Under the pieces are notes generated by a model. That model was not told where the DNA came from and did no database searches. It saw only the letters and a program-made list of their open reading frames with translations. DNA of 64,000 nucleotides from a virus. Taxonomy: Duplodnaviria; Caudoviricetes. The position numbers and the translations under genes are program-made. Location of the stretch: positions 160,001-224,000 of IMG/VR virus record IMGVR_UViG_2974692648_000001; one strand, given 5' to 3'. Below are positions 1-9,867 of the stretch, one piece after another. Position 1 is the first letter of the stretch. Every line of letters starts with the position of its first letter.

Positions 1-355
1 ATTTACGATGATGGTGAAACAGTTAAAATCGTTGGTGATAAGTCTGAGATTGGTGATCGTGACGTCAAGCACTTGCGTCCTCTGACTTACATGGAGTTGT
101 TCTACATTAGCTGTGGTAACTTGATTGAATCCAGAATGAGTCAAATCACACGTTACCCTATTACTGGTGTGGGTTCCATATACCCGTCTAAAATCAACCT
201 CCGCACTACGATTCAGTCCAAACCTCGTATTCTCCTAGATGAATTCTGGGAAGAAGACAAACGTCTAAACAACTACCCTATTTTAACAGGTCGACCGAGT
301 TACTTTGATGCCATGTCAGTTGACGGTTCTAGACTAGAACGTCTGGGTGGTGACT
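1..355 (+). CDS. Virion RNA polymerase beta'-like catalytic subunit (phiKZ gp180-like), upstream exon, 5'-truncated by the window edge
   Basis: Frame is open from nt 1 (IYDDGETVK...). Contains TRYP (RxP motif preceding the catalytic loop) and ends RLGGD, the start of a GGDxDGD/NADFDGD-type motif, then TAA. Lies upstream of the beta-like subunit as in phiKZ gp180-gp178. Confidence 0.85.
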
Positions 356-2074
356 AAGGAATTAGTGTCAAGTCCTTACCTAACTTATTTTATAACAAAC
401 GTTAAAATAAGGAGCTGGTAATGGAAGTGAATTTTAAATTTAATGCGCGTGAATATACTTTAAAAGATGATTTGAATTTATATCGTGAAAATAAAGAAGT
501 GGTTTTATTTGAAGACCTTTCCGAAGGAACCTTTTTCATTGAATCAGGTGTGAAGGTGTTTTTAGGTAAAGCAATCATGGAATATTGGAATAGGTGTTAT
601 TTACCTAGAGAGTACTGGGATAAGATGAAAGTTGTCTTTAAAGACAAAGATAAACTGAACTTTACCCCCACTAACCTTTTTCCGTACTATAAAGAAAAAA
701 TAGAACACCCAAGTATAAAGGGTTTTTACTTTATCCCTGGGGAAGAGTTAAATGTCATTAACTCTAAAGGTGAAGTTTACCAGCTTAAGAAAGATCGGTA
801 CCGTTTACCCTATCTTGGTAAGGAAGGTGAAGATAATTCTAATTTTTACCCTTTTACGAGATGTGATGTTGTTAATAAAGATAATAGGTTATTGACACAC
901 CGTTTAATAGGGTTGACATTCTGCGACCCACCTGAAGATTACCCAAACATGCACGTCGATCACAAAAATGGTGACAAACAAGATTTCTCCCAACTTAACC
1001 TGCAATGGTTGACCCCATATGAGAATATGATGAAAGGTGCGTATAAGGATGGAAATAATAAACAGGTTATTTCTGTTGATGTTTATGATAAGTTAACAAA
1101 AAACTCATCTTCTTATCCGAGTCTTTCTAACTTTGCAAACGTGTTAGGAGTAAATCCCACTTGTGTAATAAACGCTTTCAATACCCCTAATAAGACTTAT
1201 AAAGGGAGGTACGTTATCAAGGCGACTTCCGATAACACAACCTTTGAAGAATTGTTAGATTTAAAGAAAGTTAAGTACACTAACTTTGAAAGCATGAATT
1301 TAAAAACCGGTGAAGTTTTTAAATGGCGAAACGTCGACGAGTTTATAAAAAATAACGGTGGGGGGAGAGGAACGATACGAAAGGTTTTGGAGAACAAGAC
1401 TTCCGGAATTGTGCAGTGGCATATCTTTAGAAAACCGGGTGACTCATGGAACACACCTACCGACTACGACAAAGAAATTTATCGTAGGGGGTTGCAACCC
1501 ACGACAAAGGTCTATGAAATACAGGACCTTGCAAAAAATAAAACCCACATCTGTTATGGTAAAAAAGAATTAATCCAAATCATCCCTGATATAAATTCTA
1601 GAACTATTACCTTCGTAGTTCGAGAAAAGAGAAAGTATAAACAACGTTATTTAATTAAAACCTTGAACTAATTCAAGTCCCATTAGGCACGAAAGTCCTA
1701 GACCGTTTTCTCTTGAATTGCTGGGATGTCCACAAAAGCTTACAACCAAAGGGTGGCCTGAAAGGGCTCACACAACGACCTGAGGGTGTCGAAAGACAGA
1801 AACAATAGTAAGCCTGCTCTATGCTAACCAATAACGCTAAGGAGTGTATACAAGGGACGATCAGCAGCTACGCTTCCTAAGGGGATAACCTATGGAGCAA
1901 GTTCAACGACTAGGGCCTTGCCAGCCTGTACCTACTAGCAGAGTTTAGTGGGGAAGTGTGAGAATACCTAAGTCCTTATGGATATGGTAAAGATATAGTC
2001 TGTTCCCAGTTTAAGAGACAGGGCGGGTGTCTGAGCACACCGGCTACCTAAGCGATTAGGTGGTGGACAATAAG
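356..2074 (+). mobile_element. Group I self-splicing intron (IA-like) with internal HNH ORF; exact 5' splice site uncertain
   Basis: Core motifs: P AATTGCTGGGA 1716-1726, Q ATCAGCAGC 1860-1868, R GTTCAACGACTA 1901-1912, S AAGATATAGTCT 1990-2001. Extra hairpins between P7 and P3'. P9 hairpin CTACCTAA-GCGA-TTAGGTGG 2044-2063. P9.0-like TGTTC/GGACA pairing. Candidate terminal G at 2074. Confidence 0.9.
421..1671 (+). CDS. Intron-encoded HNH homing endonuclease with C-terminal NUMOD1-like DNA-binding repeats
   Basis: THRLIG...HVDHKNGDK...NLQW...EN motif; C-terminal YPSLSNFANVLGV-type repeats; RBS AAGGAG; AT-rich relative to flanking genes. Confidence 0.9.
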   Translation: MEVNFKFNAREYTLKDDLNLYRENKEVVLFEDLSEGTFFIESGVKVFLGKAIMEYWNRCYLPREYWDKMKVVFKDKDKLNFTPTNLFPYYKEKIEHPSIKGFYFIPGEELNVINSKGEVYQLKKDRYRLPYLGKEGEDNSNFYPFTRCDVVNKDNRLLTHRLIGLTFCDPPEDYPNMHVDHKNGDKQDFSQLNLQWLTPYENMMKGAYKDGNNKQVISVDVYDKLTKNSSSYPSLSNFANVLGVNPTCVINAFNTPNKTYKGRYVIKATSDNTTFEELLDLKKVKYTNFESMNLKTGEVFKWRNVDEFIKNNGGGRGTIRKVLENKTSGIVQWHIFRKPGDSWNTPTDYDKEIYRRGLQPTTKVYEIQDLAKNKTHICYGKKELIQIIPDINSRTITFVVREKRKYKQRYLIKTLN

Positions 2075-2239
2075 CAACTTAACAGTAACGGTATCGAGGC
2101 CGAAGATTCCATCAAACAAGCTTTAAAGCGTATGGGTGAACGTAGTTACTATATCACTGGTACAGGGTCATTTTTATATGAACCTATTGTTGAGCCTCAC
2201 GAATTCTTATTACGCGCTCTAACTAGCGGCTTGGAGTAA
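2075..2239 (+). CDS. Downstream exon of the beta'-like subunit (QLNSNGIEAEDSIKQALKRMGERSYYITGTGSFLYEPIVEPHEFLLRALTSGLE*)
   Basis: Open frame starting right after G2074 and ending with TAA 2 nt before the next ATG. QLNSN sits in the register of QMAVH, which follows NADFDGD in cellular beta'. Not in the ORF track. Confidence 0.8.
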   Translation, partial: QLNSNGIEAEDSIKQALKRMGERSYYITGTGSFLYEPIVEPHEFLLRALTSGLE

Positions 2240-2241
2240 AC

Positions 2242-5200
2242 ATGCAAGACCAACAACCTTTTTACTTAGGTGAAGAGATCGATGGATTAGAAGCCATGTA
2301 TCCTTTGTTTTTCAAAGAGTACGTACTTCGACGTAAAAATGATTTAACAAATCCAGCGTTCCACTCCTTAAGTGATATTGAACTCCCACGAGATTCAATC
2401 CTTTTTTACTACCCTAAACACACTAATGACTTAGGTCCCAGCAACCACGAACCTCTGATTAATAATTATCCGGATATTGTCAACATCGGGTTTGATAGTC
2501 ATTATGTGATTGAATCAGGTAAGGCGCGTCCGGCACCACTGGATGAGCGTAAACAAATCCAGAAATATCGTAACGGACACTATCGTTACAAATACGCACG
2601 CAACATTAAAACTCCTATGGGGCGTTCTAAGGAACTCGTGGTTATTAACAACGCTTTGGGTGTGTTAAAGTGGAACTACGTCCCTAACCGCTTCCTGGCC
2701 TTTGATAAAAGCTATAACCAGTTAGCGAGTCTGCTGGACGTAGTTAACCAAAATGCGGAAGGTAATAAACGACAACTATTCTTCCGAATGGAGTTACCTA
2801 ACCAAGTTCCTATCTTTACTAAGTTTACTGAGTACTTCCGACATTACGAGAAATGCTTCGAACTTAATAAAGAAGGAGAATTAGAGTTCACTGGTCCTAA
2901 CGACCAAGCTATTCGAGATTTAAAACGCACAGGGGCTTTCTGGTTGTTAGACTGGTTTGCTTGGCTGAGTGGTAAATACGAATACTCTTTGTTCAACCGT
3001 CTTAGTGATGACGCGTTGGAGCGTCTCAATATCGTGTTCACTAAACACGGTAAAGCGGTTATCCTGAAGCCTGGCTTATTACGTTCTTGGTTAGATGAAT
3101 TAAACAAGACCGTAAAGGTTGACGGAGAAGAACAAATCGATTACAATACCTCTCAGCGACAAAACGCTGTGAAACGTACTTTAGCAGTGTTCATGAGGAT
3201 GATCGCTCAAGCTAACGTAGAGGAGGTAGAACAACATGACGATGACACAACGTCTAAAGAGGCTAATACAAAAGAAAACGGGGATGGACCGATCGGGTCA
3301 CATGAATCCGAAGAAGAAGAACTTGGTGAGGAGATTGCCGACCTGGATTCTGCTGATGATTCTGATTTGTTCAATGATTTTCTCAATGGACGTAAAACTG
3401 ACGTTGATGGACTTCCTGGACAGTCAGGAGAAGAACCAAGCGGAGGTGGTTCAGGATCAGATTCAGAAACAACTGGATCTCAAGAAACTATCGAAAGCTG
3501 GACCGATGAATTAGACGACGCTGAGTTTGTGACTGAGGAGGTTCTTCAGCCAACCAGTCACAGCCGCATGGTGGATGAATCTCCGGAAGCCGGGATCCGA
3601 CGTGCCATTGAACGCAAGGCACGCGATGGTCAGTTAACTAAGTCACAGCAAGACTTCTTCTTACGTCAAGCGGAGCGCTATAAAGATCTCGCCATGCCTA
3701 ATGGTCAGACCTTAGAAGAGTTCATGCGTATTGATGAAGAGATGTTACGTAACTTACCAAGTAAAGTTGCACCAGAGATGGTCGGTGTTCAGGATACCTC
3801 TTATCTTGAATCTACCGTAGCGCACTTGAAGAAAGGTTACGTAGAACATTTCATGATGCGTGATATGGTGAAAGCCATCATCGCTGTACAACAAGCTGGT
3901 ATTTGTGTAACTAACTTTGAACAAGAAACCATACATAATGTCGACGGAACGTATGATGTGTTTAAAGTTCAATTCCACCCAGTTGGAGGTAAACCGGTTA
4001 CTCGTTCGTTCCGTATTGCTCGGGTCGATAAAGACGGTACCTTCACAGTAGACGGTAAAAAACGCACTAAAGCTTTACAGCGTATGGACTTACCTATCCG
4101 TAAGATGGATGACTACCGAGTGGGTCTGAACTCTTACTATGGTCGTAAGTTGATCATTAGTCGTTCTAAGATGGCTGCTGACGACTACGGACTTTGGTTA
4201 TCTAAACAAGTCCGTAAACGTGCACTGAAGGATGACTTTGAGTTATTCGTGGGTAACACTTACAGTAATCAATATGCGCTTCCTCGTACCTTTACCGCAT
4301 TGTCTCGTCGTTTTAAAGGAATTAAAACTAAAGATGTCGAGTTCGTGTTTGACGTCAAAGAGATCGTTAAACGTGATCCTACTTTGGAATCAAAGATGAC
4401 GGCTACTTCAGCAGTCATTGGCTTTAAAGGTAAGACTCCAGTGGTGATTGATGAGTACGGTAACTTGAAAGCTGGTAAGGAGGGCCTAGGTCCTATCGAA
4501 GCTTATTTGGGTATCGATATTCAGAAAGCACCGATGGATACCGCAAACGTAAACATCAACGGCTATCGCTTCCCAATGGGTGTGGTGCTAAGTTACTACT
4601 TTGGTTTCGATGAGTTACTGAAGATCCTTAAGGTCGAACCTAAAGTGATCCCAGGCGGAGTTCGAGTTAAGTTGGAATCCGATGAGTTCGCTTTACGTTG
4701 TGCTGACGAAACGCTGGTATTTAATCGACGTGACCCAATGACTTCATTGGTGTTTGGTGGTATGAGTAAGTTAAATAACTTACATTCCTTTAACCGAGTG
4801 GATATGAACGACCCTGGCATCTGGGTAACGGCTATCGACAACCCTAAGGTAAAACCATCTCACTTCCAAGAGATGACCAACATGTTCGACATGTTCATCG
4901 ACCCTATTACGCGAGATGAACTAAAACGTTTAGGTCACGCTACTAGCTTTGATTATTTGTTGATTGAAGCGACAGAGATGTTGCGTACCGAACAACACGA
5001 ACATGAAGTCGAAATCAAGGAACAACGATTCATCGGTTACGAATCTTTTGCTGGTTCTATCTATCATCAGATGACCTCATCTGCTCGCCAGTACTGGGGT
5101 AAAGCGATGGACGGTCGAGCTACGTTTGACCTCAACCCTGAATCGGTGATGATGGAAGCGTGCCTGAAAGATACGTCTGTTGATATGGTTCAAGAAGTTA

Positions 5201-6603
5201 ACCCGGTTCATGAACTTAAGGAACAGGAAACAGTAACCTTTGGTGGTAACAACGGTCGTAACGATGTATCCATGGTTCGTCGGACTCGTGGTCAGTTGCC
5301 AACTTACAAAGGTGTGATTTCGGAAGCAGGTAAAGACTCGAGCAAAGTCGGTTACGTAACTTATACTACTTCAAACCCTAAGATCACGGATTTCCGTGGT
5401 AACGTAGATTTAAGTCGTGACGTAGGTAATGCCGGTCTAGGCTCTGTGACTATGAACCTGATGCCGGGTGCGAACAAGGATGACCCTAAACGTACGTTAT
5501 TCTCAGGAGTTCAGCACTCACAGGGAACTAGTGCCGTTAACTACACACCTAACATCATGCGCTCTCCTTATGACCTTGTAGTCGCTCACCGTACTTCAGA
5601 ACTCTACTCTAAACCTGCTAAGCAAAACGGTAAGGTTTTAGAGGTGACTTCGGAAGGTATGAAAATCGAGTACGAAGATGGTACCATCGACACTTATCCA
5701 TTAGGGATTAAGTTAGGGGATGCGGCTGGTGAAGTTCACCGACATAACCGTGTCACTGATTTAGTTGCCGGGGATACGTTCAAGGCGGGAGAAATCCTTG
5801 GTTGGGATGAGGTTTATTTCCAACGAGATATGGTTAACCCTCGTCAAGTGGTTTGGAAGTGTGGGGTGATGACACGCATTGCTCTTATTGAGAACCAGTT
5901 CACGTTCGAGGACTCTATCGAAATCTCTAAAGAGTTTGCAGAAGAAACTAAAACGTCGTACATCTTGGGTAATAAGTTCTACTTAGGTTTTGACCAAGGT
6001 CTGAAGATGCACGTGGATATTGGTGATGAAGTAGACTACGATACGATTTTATGTCACATCGAGGATGCGTCCTTGGTTGGTGTAGAAGAAGATCCTGAAG
6101 ATGATTTCGGTGTTCTGGACCGAATGGGCACTCGTCAAGAGAAAAGTAACCATCATGGTAAAGTGGTGAAAATCGACGTTCGTTATAACGGTAACTTAGA
6201 AGACATGTCAGAACCATTGCGTAAGTTTGTGGCTAAACACGATCGACTACGTAAGCGTTCAGCAGCAATTACTGGAGATGGTATCGTGAGCGGCAACGTT
6301 GCAGGTGGTCGTGGTATGCGTGAATCTCTTGAACCGGGACAAGTCTCTATTGAAGTCTTTGTAGAAGAATTCATCGAAACGTCTACTGTTGATAAGTTCG
6401 TTATCGGTAACCAGATGAAAGGTACGGTTGGGAACATCTTCCCTAACGAGTACTTTACCAAAGATGGACGTAAAATCCAAATACTGTTCTCTTTCAAATC
6501 CCTGTTCAACCGAATGGTACTGAGCCTTCGTGACAAACTAGTGACTAACGAATTGGTCGCTCACTCAACAAAACAAATGATCGATATCTATCGAGGTAAT
6601 TAA
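2242..6603 (+). CDS. Virion RNA polymerase beta-like subunit (phiKZ gp178-like)
   Basis: 1453 aa; beta-like motifs DGTFTVDG, ANKDDPKRTL, FEDSIEIS, DKF..GNQMKG, SLFNRM; size and synteny match gp178. Confidence 0.92.
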   Translation: MQDQQPFYLGEEIDGLEAMYPLFFKEYVLRRKNDLTNPAFHSLSDIELPRDSILFYYPKHTNDLGPSNHEPLINNYPDIVNIGFDSHYVIESGKARPAPLDERKQIQKYRNGHYRYKYARNIKTPMGRSKELVVINNALGVLKWNYVPNRFLAFDKSYNQLASLLDVVNQNAEGNKRQLFFRMELPNQVPIFTKFTEYFRHYEKCFELNKEGELEFTGPNDQAIRDLKRTGAFWLLDWFAWLSGKYEYSLFNRLSDDALERLNIVFTKHGKAVILKPGLLRSWLDELNKTVKVDGEEQIDYNTSQRQNAVKRTLAVFMRMIAQANVEEVEQHDDDTTSKEANTKENGDGPIGSHESEEEELGEEIADLDSADDSDLFNDFLNGRKTDVDGLPGQSGEEPSGGGSGSDSETTGSQETIESWTDELDDAEFVTEEVLQPTSHSRMVDESPEAGIRRAIERKARDGQLTKSQQDFFLRQAERYKDLAMPNGQTLEEFMRIDEEMLRNLPSKVAPEMVGVQDTSYLESTVAHLKKGYVEHFMMRDMVKAIIAVQQAGICVTNFEQETIHNVDGTYDVFKVQFHPVGGKPVTRSFRIARVDKDGTFTVDGKKRTKALQRMDLPIRKMDDYRVGLNSYYGRKLIISRSKMAADDYGLWLSKQVRKRALKDDFELFVGNTYSNQYALPRTFTALSRRFKGIKTKDVEFVFDVKEIVKRDPTLESKMTATSAVIGFKGKTPVVIDEYGNLKAGKEGLGPIEAYLGIDIQKAPMDTANVNINGYRFPMGVVLSYYFGFDELLKILKVEPKVIPGGVRVKLESDEFALRCADETLVFNRRDPMTSLVFGGMSKLNNLHSFNRVDMNDPGIWVTAIDNPKVKPSHFQEMTNMFDMFIDPITRDELKRLGHATSFDYLLIEATEMLRTEQHEHEVEIKEQRFIGYESFAGSIYHQMTSSARQYWGKAMDGRATFDLNPESVMMEACLKDTSVDMVQEVNPVHELKEQETVTFGGNNGRNDVSMVRRTRGQLPTYKGVISEAGKDSSKVGYVTYTTSNPKITDFRGNVDLSRDVGNAGLGSVTMNLMPGANKDDPKRTLFSGVQHSQGTSAVNYTPNIMRSPYDLVVAHRTSELYSKPAKQNGKVLEVTSEGMKIEYEDGTIDTYPLGIKLGDAAGEVHRHNRVTDLVAGDTFKAGEILGWDEVYFQRDMVNPRQVVWKCGVMTRIALIENQFTFEDSIEISKEFAEETKTSYILGNKFYLGFDQGLKMHVDIGDEVDYDTILCHIEDASLVGVEEDPEDDFGVLDRMGTRQEKSNHHGKVVKIDVRYNGNLEDMSEPLRKFVAKHDRLRKRSAAITGDGIVSGNVAGGRGMRESLEPGQVSIEVFVEEFIETSTVDKFVIGNQMKGTVGNIFPNEYFTKDGRKIQILFSFKSLFNRMVLSLRDKLVTNELVAHSTKQMIDIYRGN

Positions 6604-6604
6604 A

Positions 6605-7459
6605 ATGTCATTCGCGTTAATTGGCGCTGTAAAACGTATCCAGTTAGGTTGTTTAATCGCTGGCACGTACAACAGCAGTATTGACGGCATTTGGGGTAAG
6701 GGTAGCCATACGGCTGCCCTTGGTCTTTTTAATGTCGTTTCAAGTAAAGAAGAATTAGTGGATATCCCGGCATGGTCAAAAGCCATTGACGTAGTTAAAG
6801 GGTTCCAACGTAATGCTCAACTAACAGGCTTTTACATTGGTCGTGTTGACGGTATCTGGGGCAAAGGCAGTCAAGCAGCCTTAGATAACTTAGTCCTAGC
6901 CAGTCGTCGTTTTAACGGTCAACCTGATTTAGATCTGGCATGGTCTGAACGTGTTTGTCCTGAATTCACCCGCATTGTTAAAGAGTGGGTTGAGGCTCGA
7001 GGTTACGAACACCATGTTGGTGACTACGTGATGTCGATTATGGCGTTTGAGTCAGGTCGTACATTCGATCCTTCTATCCAGAACCAGGGTGGAAGTAATG
7101 CCTTTGGTTTAATTCAGTTCATGGCACCAGCTGCGCAAGACCTAGGATACAAATTAGATGAGATCCGCAACATGGGTCAAATCGAACAACTAGAGAAATG
7201 CGTGTTACCTTACTTCGACATGCGTGCCCGCCGTAAACCTATGCGTAATTTAGAAGACTTTTACTTGAGTGTTCTCTATCCGGCTTATGTGGGTAAAGCG
7301 TTAGATGAAGTTTTATTCCAAGAAGGTAGCGTAGGTTATCGCCAGAACCGTGGTTTGGACAAAAACAAAGACGGCAATATTCTAGTGGGTGAGATCGCCG
7401 AAACGATCTACCGCATGTATTACGAAGGCATGAAGCCTAAGAACCGGAGCATCATTTAA
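6605..7459 (+). CDS. Modular endolysin: two peptidoglycan-binding repeats plus a lytic transglycosylase (SLT/lysozyme-like) domain
   Basis: Two DGIWGKGS repeats (PG_binding_1-like); catalytic AFES followed by GLIQFM. Confidence 0.85.
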   Translation: MSFALIGAVKRIQLGCLIAGTYNSSIDGIWGKGSHTAALGLFNVVSSKEELVDIPAWSKAIDVVKGFQRNAQLTGFYIGRVDGIWGKGSQAALDNLVLASRRFNGQPDLDLAWSERVCPEFTRIVKEWVEARGYEHHVGDYVMSIMAFESGRTFDPSIQNQGGSNAFGLIQFMAPAAQDLGYKLDEIRNMGQIEQLEKCVLPYFDMRARRKPMRNLEDFYLSVLYPAYVGKALDEVLFQEGSVGYRQNRGLDKNKDGNILVGEIAETIYRMYYEGMKPKNRSII

Positions 7460-7620
7460 TGAATAAACCTGAACAATACGTTGAGGATGTTTTAGTTATT
7501 GCGAACATCCAAGAAGTAGCACGTGGTGTGCTAACTAAAATTGGTTTGGAAGTTCTTCCTCCTGTGGAAGATTCCAAGGTTGTTGAAATTGTTTCTAAAG
7601 CAATTAAAGAGGAAGCGTAA
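7459..7620 (+). CDS. Small hypothetical protein, 53 aa (MNKPEQYVEDVLVIANIQEVARGVL...)
   Basis: TAATG overlap with the endolysin stop; ends 2 nt before the next ATG; fills the gap exactly. Below the ORF-track cutoff. Confidence 0.75.
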   Translation: MNKPEQYVEDVLVIANIQEVARGVLTKIGLEVLPPVEDSKVVEIVSKAIKEEA

Positions 7621-7622
7621 TC

Positions 7623-9116
7623 ATGATTAGTACTAACTCAGTCTTGGTGGCGGCTCCGATTGCTTTATCCCGTCAAGAAAAAGAACATTCTCTTTTAGAA
7701 CACACTGCTGACTTCATCCACTCTTTAGTGGAAGTGAGTACAGGTGGCACACCATTGACGCCAGAAAACTTAGTAAAGGAAGTACCGGCTGGCACTGGTG
7801 CTACAAGTGATCATACGCCGTTGCAGAACCAATCGGTTGACATGATCGCTGAAGGTGTTAATCGTGCGTTTACACAAATCCGTACTTACTTGCGTCCAAT
7901 GGATGCGGAAATCCGTGAAGGTGTTCATCGCATTTATACGCCAACTAGTGCTATCACTGCTGTACATAACAACTTGTTCATCAGCTACGTCGAACTAGAC
8001 CATCCGTTCTTTGACTCTAACTTCTTCCCAACTAAAACACCGGACACTGTTTTTGACTACGAAAACTTCGCAGCTAAAAACTTGAAGCAATGGTCGGACC
8101 GTTTCCCTGTATTGGATGAAGAAGGTGTTGCGAAGTTACTACAAACAGCAAGTGAAGACCTCCACGCTCAAGTCGATCTAGAGCGCGCCACCGAAGTCTA
8201 CAATGAGTGTTTCGTTACAGGCAATTGGGAATTGTTGTTTAACGTTAACAACGGAGTCTTTGAACTTGGTAATGTGCGAAAGAACGCGAGTAACCTAGCT
8301 CAAGCGTACATCATTGCTTCACGCCTTGATGTAGAAGAGAATGTACTGGAAGGTGTGAGTCGCATGACTCTGGACCAATACCGTGGTTATATCCACCAAA
8401 TCCTTTCAGTGACAACTCACGCCTTACAACGTCTTCGTCACAACAACCGTGAACTGGCAAAACTCAAGCTCCCTGTCCTAAAAGTGGATATGGCTGATCG
8501 AGTTTATGAATACGGTACCGTTTCTGGAGACTTGACAGTAGGTTTGACCGACGCGGCAATTGCTGAACTTGAAGCAACAGATACTACGTTATCTGAAGTG
8601 TTAGTGGGTTACGCCAAGGCTTGTTACGATAAAGGTGGTGCAGGTTCTTTACCACTACCGCTTTCTGACGTTCAAGGTTACGTCTCAATTTACCGTGAAT
8701 ACATCGGCATGGTGAAATCTAAGATCATCTCTGAATCGGAATCCCGTGTTAAACAGGTGGTTGAAAACGCCGTAGTGAACTTCCAGAAGAAACACGGTGA
8801 GCTCAGCGACCGCCTTAAAGGTACCGAAGGTGATCTACCTTACCGTCGTCTATACGACTCAGTAAAAGACGTAGCGGACACTTGGGTGGCTCAATACAAA
8901 GAACGTGTTGTTAACCAAAACGTTCCCGTTGACGAGTTCCTAGCGCGTCCTCAGTTATCCATTGCTGTGGCTCGTAAACTAGGTATGGTGTTGGCAGCGG
9001 ATATTCTAGAGCGATCTGTGGTCACTAACGATATGTCGTTAGAACAACAACGTGTCAAACTTGCCGAAGCAGTCACTGAGTGTATTGTTCGCCTGTGCCT
9101 AGGTCGTTACCTTTAA
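7623..9116 (+). CDS. Putative virion/head protein (phiKZ gp177-like by position)
   Basis: 497 aa, predicted helical; lies between the vRNAP beta gene and the gp176/gp175-like genes. Confidence 0.6.
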   Translation: MISTNSVLVAAPIALSRQEKEHSLLEHTADFIHSLVEVSTGGTPLTPENLVKEVPAGTGATSDHTPLQNQSVDMIAEGVNRAFTQIRTYLRPMDAEIREGVHRIYTPTSAITAVHNNLFISYVELDHPFFDSNFFPTKTPDTVFDYENFAAKNLKQWSDRFPVLDEEGVAKLLQTASEDLHAQVDLERATEVYNECFVTGNWELLFNVNNGVFELGNVRKNASNLAQAYIIASRLDVEENVLEGVSRMTLDQYRGYIHQILSVTTHALQRLRHNNRELAKLKLPVLKVDMADRVYEYGTVSGDLTVGLTDAAIAELEATDTTLSEVLVGYAKACYDKGGAGSLPLPLSDVQGYVSIYREYIGMVKSKIISESESRVKQVVENAVVNFQKKHGELSDRLKGTEGDLPYRRLYDSVKDVADTWVAQYKERVVNQNVPVDEFLARPQLSIAVARKLGMVLAADILERSVVTNDMSLEQQRVKLAEAVTECIVRLCLGRYL

Positions 9117-9132
9117 TACAAGGACGGGATAG

Positions 9133-9867
9133 ATGGAACCCAATAAACTTACCCGTAACCAACTATTAAACCGTAAGGTCCTTAAAGTCCTAGAGGACGG
9201 TTCCGTTGTTGCTACCCGACACTTAGTCGGGTACATTCCTCAACGCTTTGTAGAATCCAGCTTAGCTACAGTCACAGACGTTGTAGAGACCATCGGTGCG
9301 ATTGGGTTTGTTGATCCTAAGACAGACCAATACTTCAGTATCTTTGTGCAGAGTAAATTCACGCTAATGCCAAGCAACATGGGTGAAGAATCTGTAGACG
9401 GGCAACGTTACTTAACTATGGAGTTCGAAGAAGGCGATTTAGTCTTTAAGAGTTTGAGTAGTATCCAAGATGCGAACTTAAACTTCTTTTTCTATCGTGA
9501 ATTCTCTTGGTTAAGTAAACTCCCGTGGTACACAGACTCGAGCAAAGTCCGCAGTATGTTCGACCGATCTAAGACAATCACTGGACGAGTAGTGGGAAGT
9601 TCTCCAGCGGTATTCCGTGTCTTAACCTCTTTAAACGAGCGAGACCCAGACGACCCTAACCAAGCTTATCGTTACTCTAAAGCGATCGTCGAAGGACGCC
9701 CTCCACTCACCGTTGGTCTCAACAACGGTAGCTTGCTGATTGACGGCACTTACAACCGTTTGATAGGTGGTTACGACCAAGATAACTTGATCATGGCGGT
9801 ATTGGAAAAAGATACTAAAGTGACAGCAGAAGAATTAATTATCAAAGGTGGTTTTGCTGATGAGTAA
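9133..9867 (+). CDS. Putative small vRNAP subunit (phiKZ gp176-like)
   Basis: 244 aa directly upstream of the protease; C-terminal YNRLIGGY...EELI resembles the beta' C-terminal region; synteny. Confidence 0.65.
   Translation: MEPNKLTRNQLLNRKVLKVLEDGSVVATRHLVGYIPQRFVESSLATVTDVVETIGAIGFVDPKTDQYFSIFVQSKFTLMPSNMGEESVDGQRYLTMEFEEGDLVFKSLSSIQDANLNFFFYREFSWLSKLPWYTDSSKVRSMFDRSKTITGRVVGSSPAVFRVLTSLNERDPDDPNQAYRYSKAIVEGRPPLTVGLNNGSLLIDGTYNRLIGGYDQDNLIMAVLEKDTKVTAEELIIKGGFADE

Noticed and set aside
2063-2074. Alternative 3' splice site at G2063 giving DLDNKQ in the correct register
   Set aside because: It lacks the third catalytic Asp, and G2063 is paired in the P9 hairpin upstream of the P9.0 strand.
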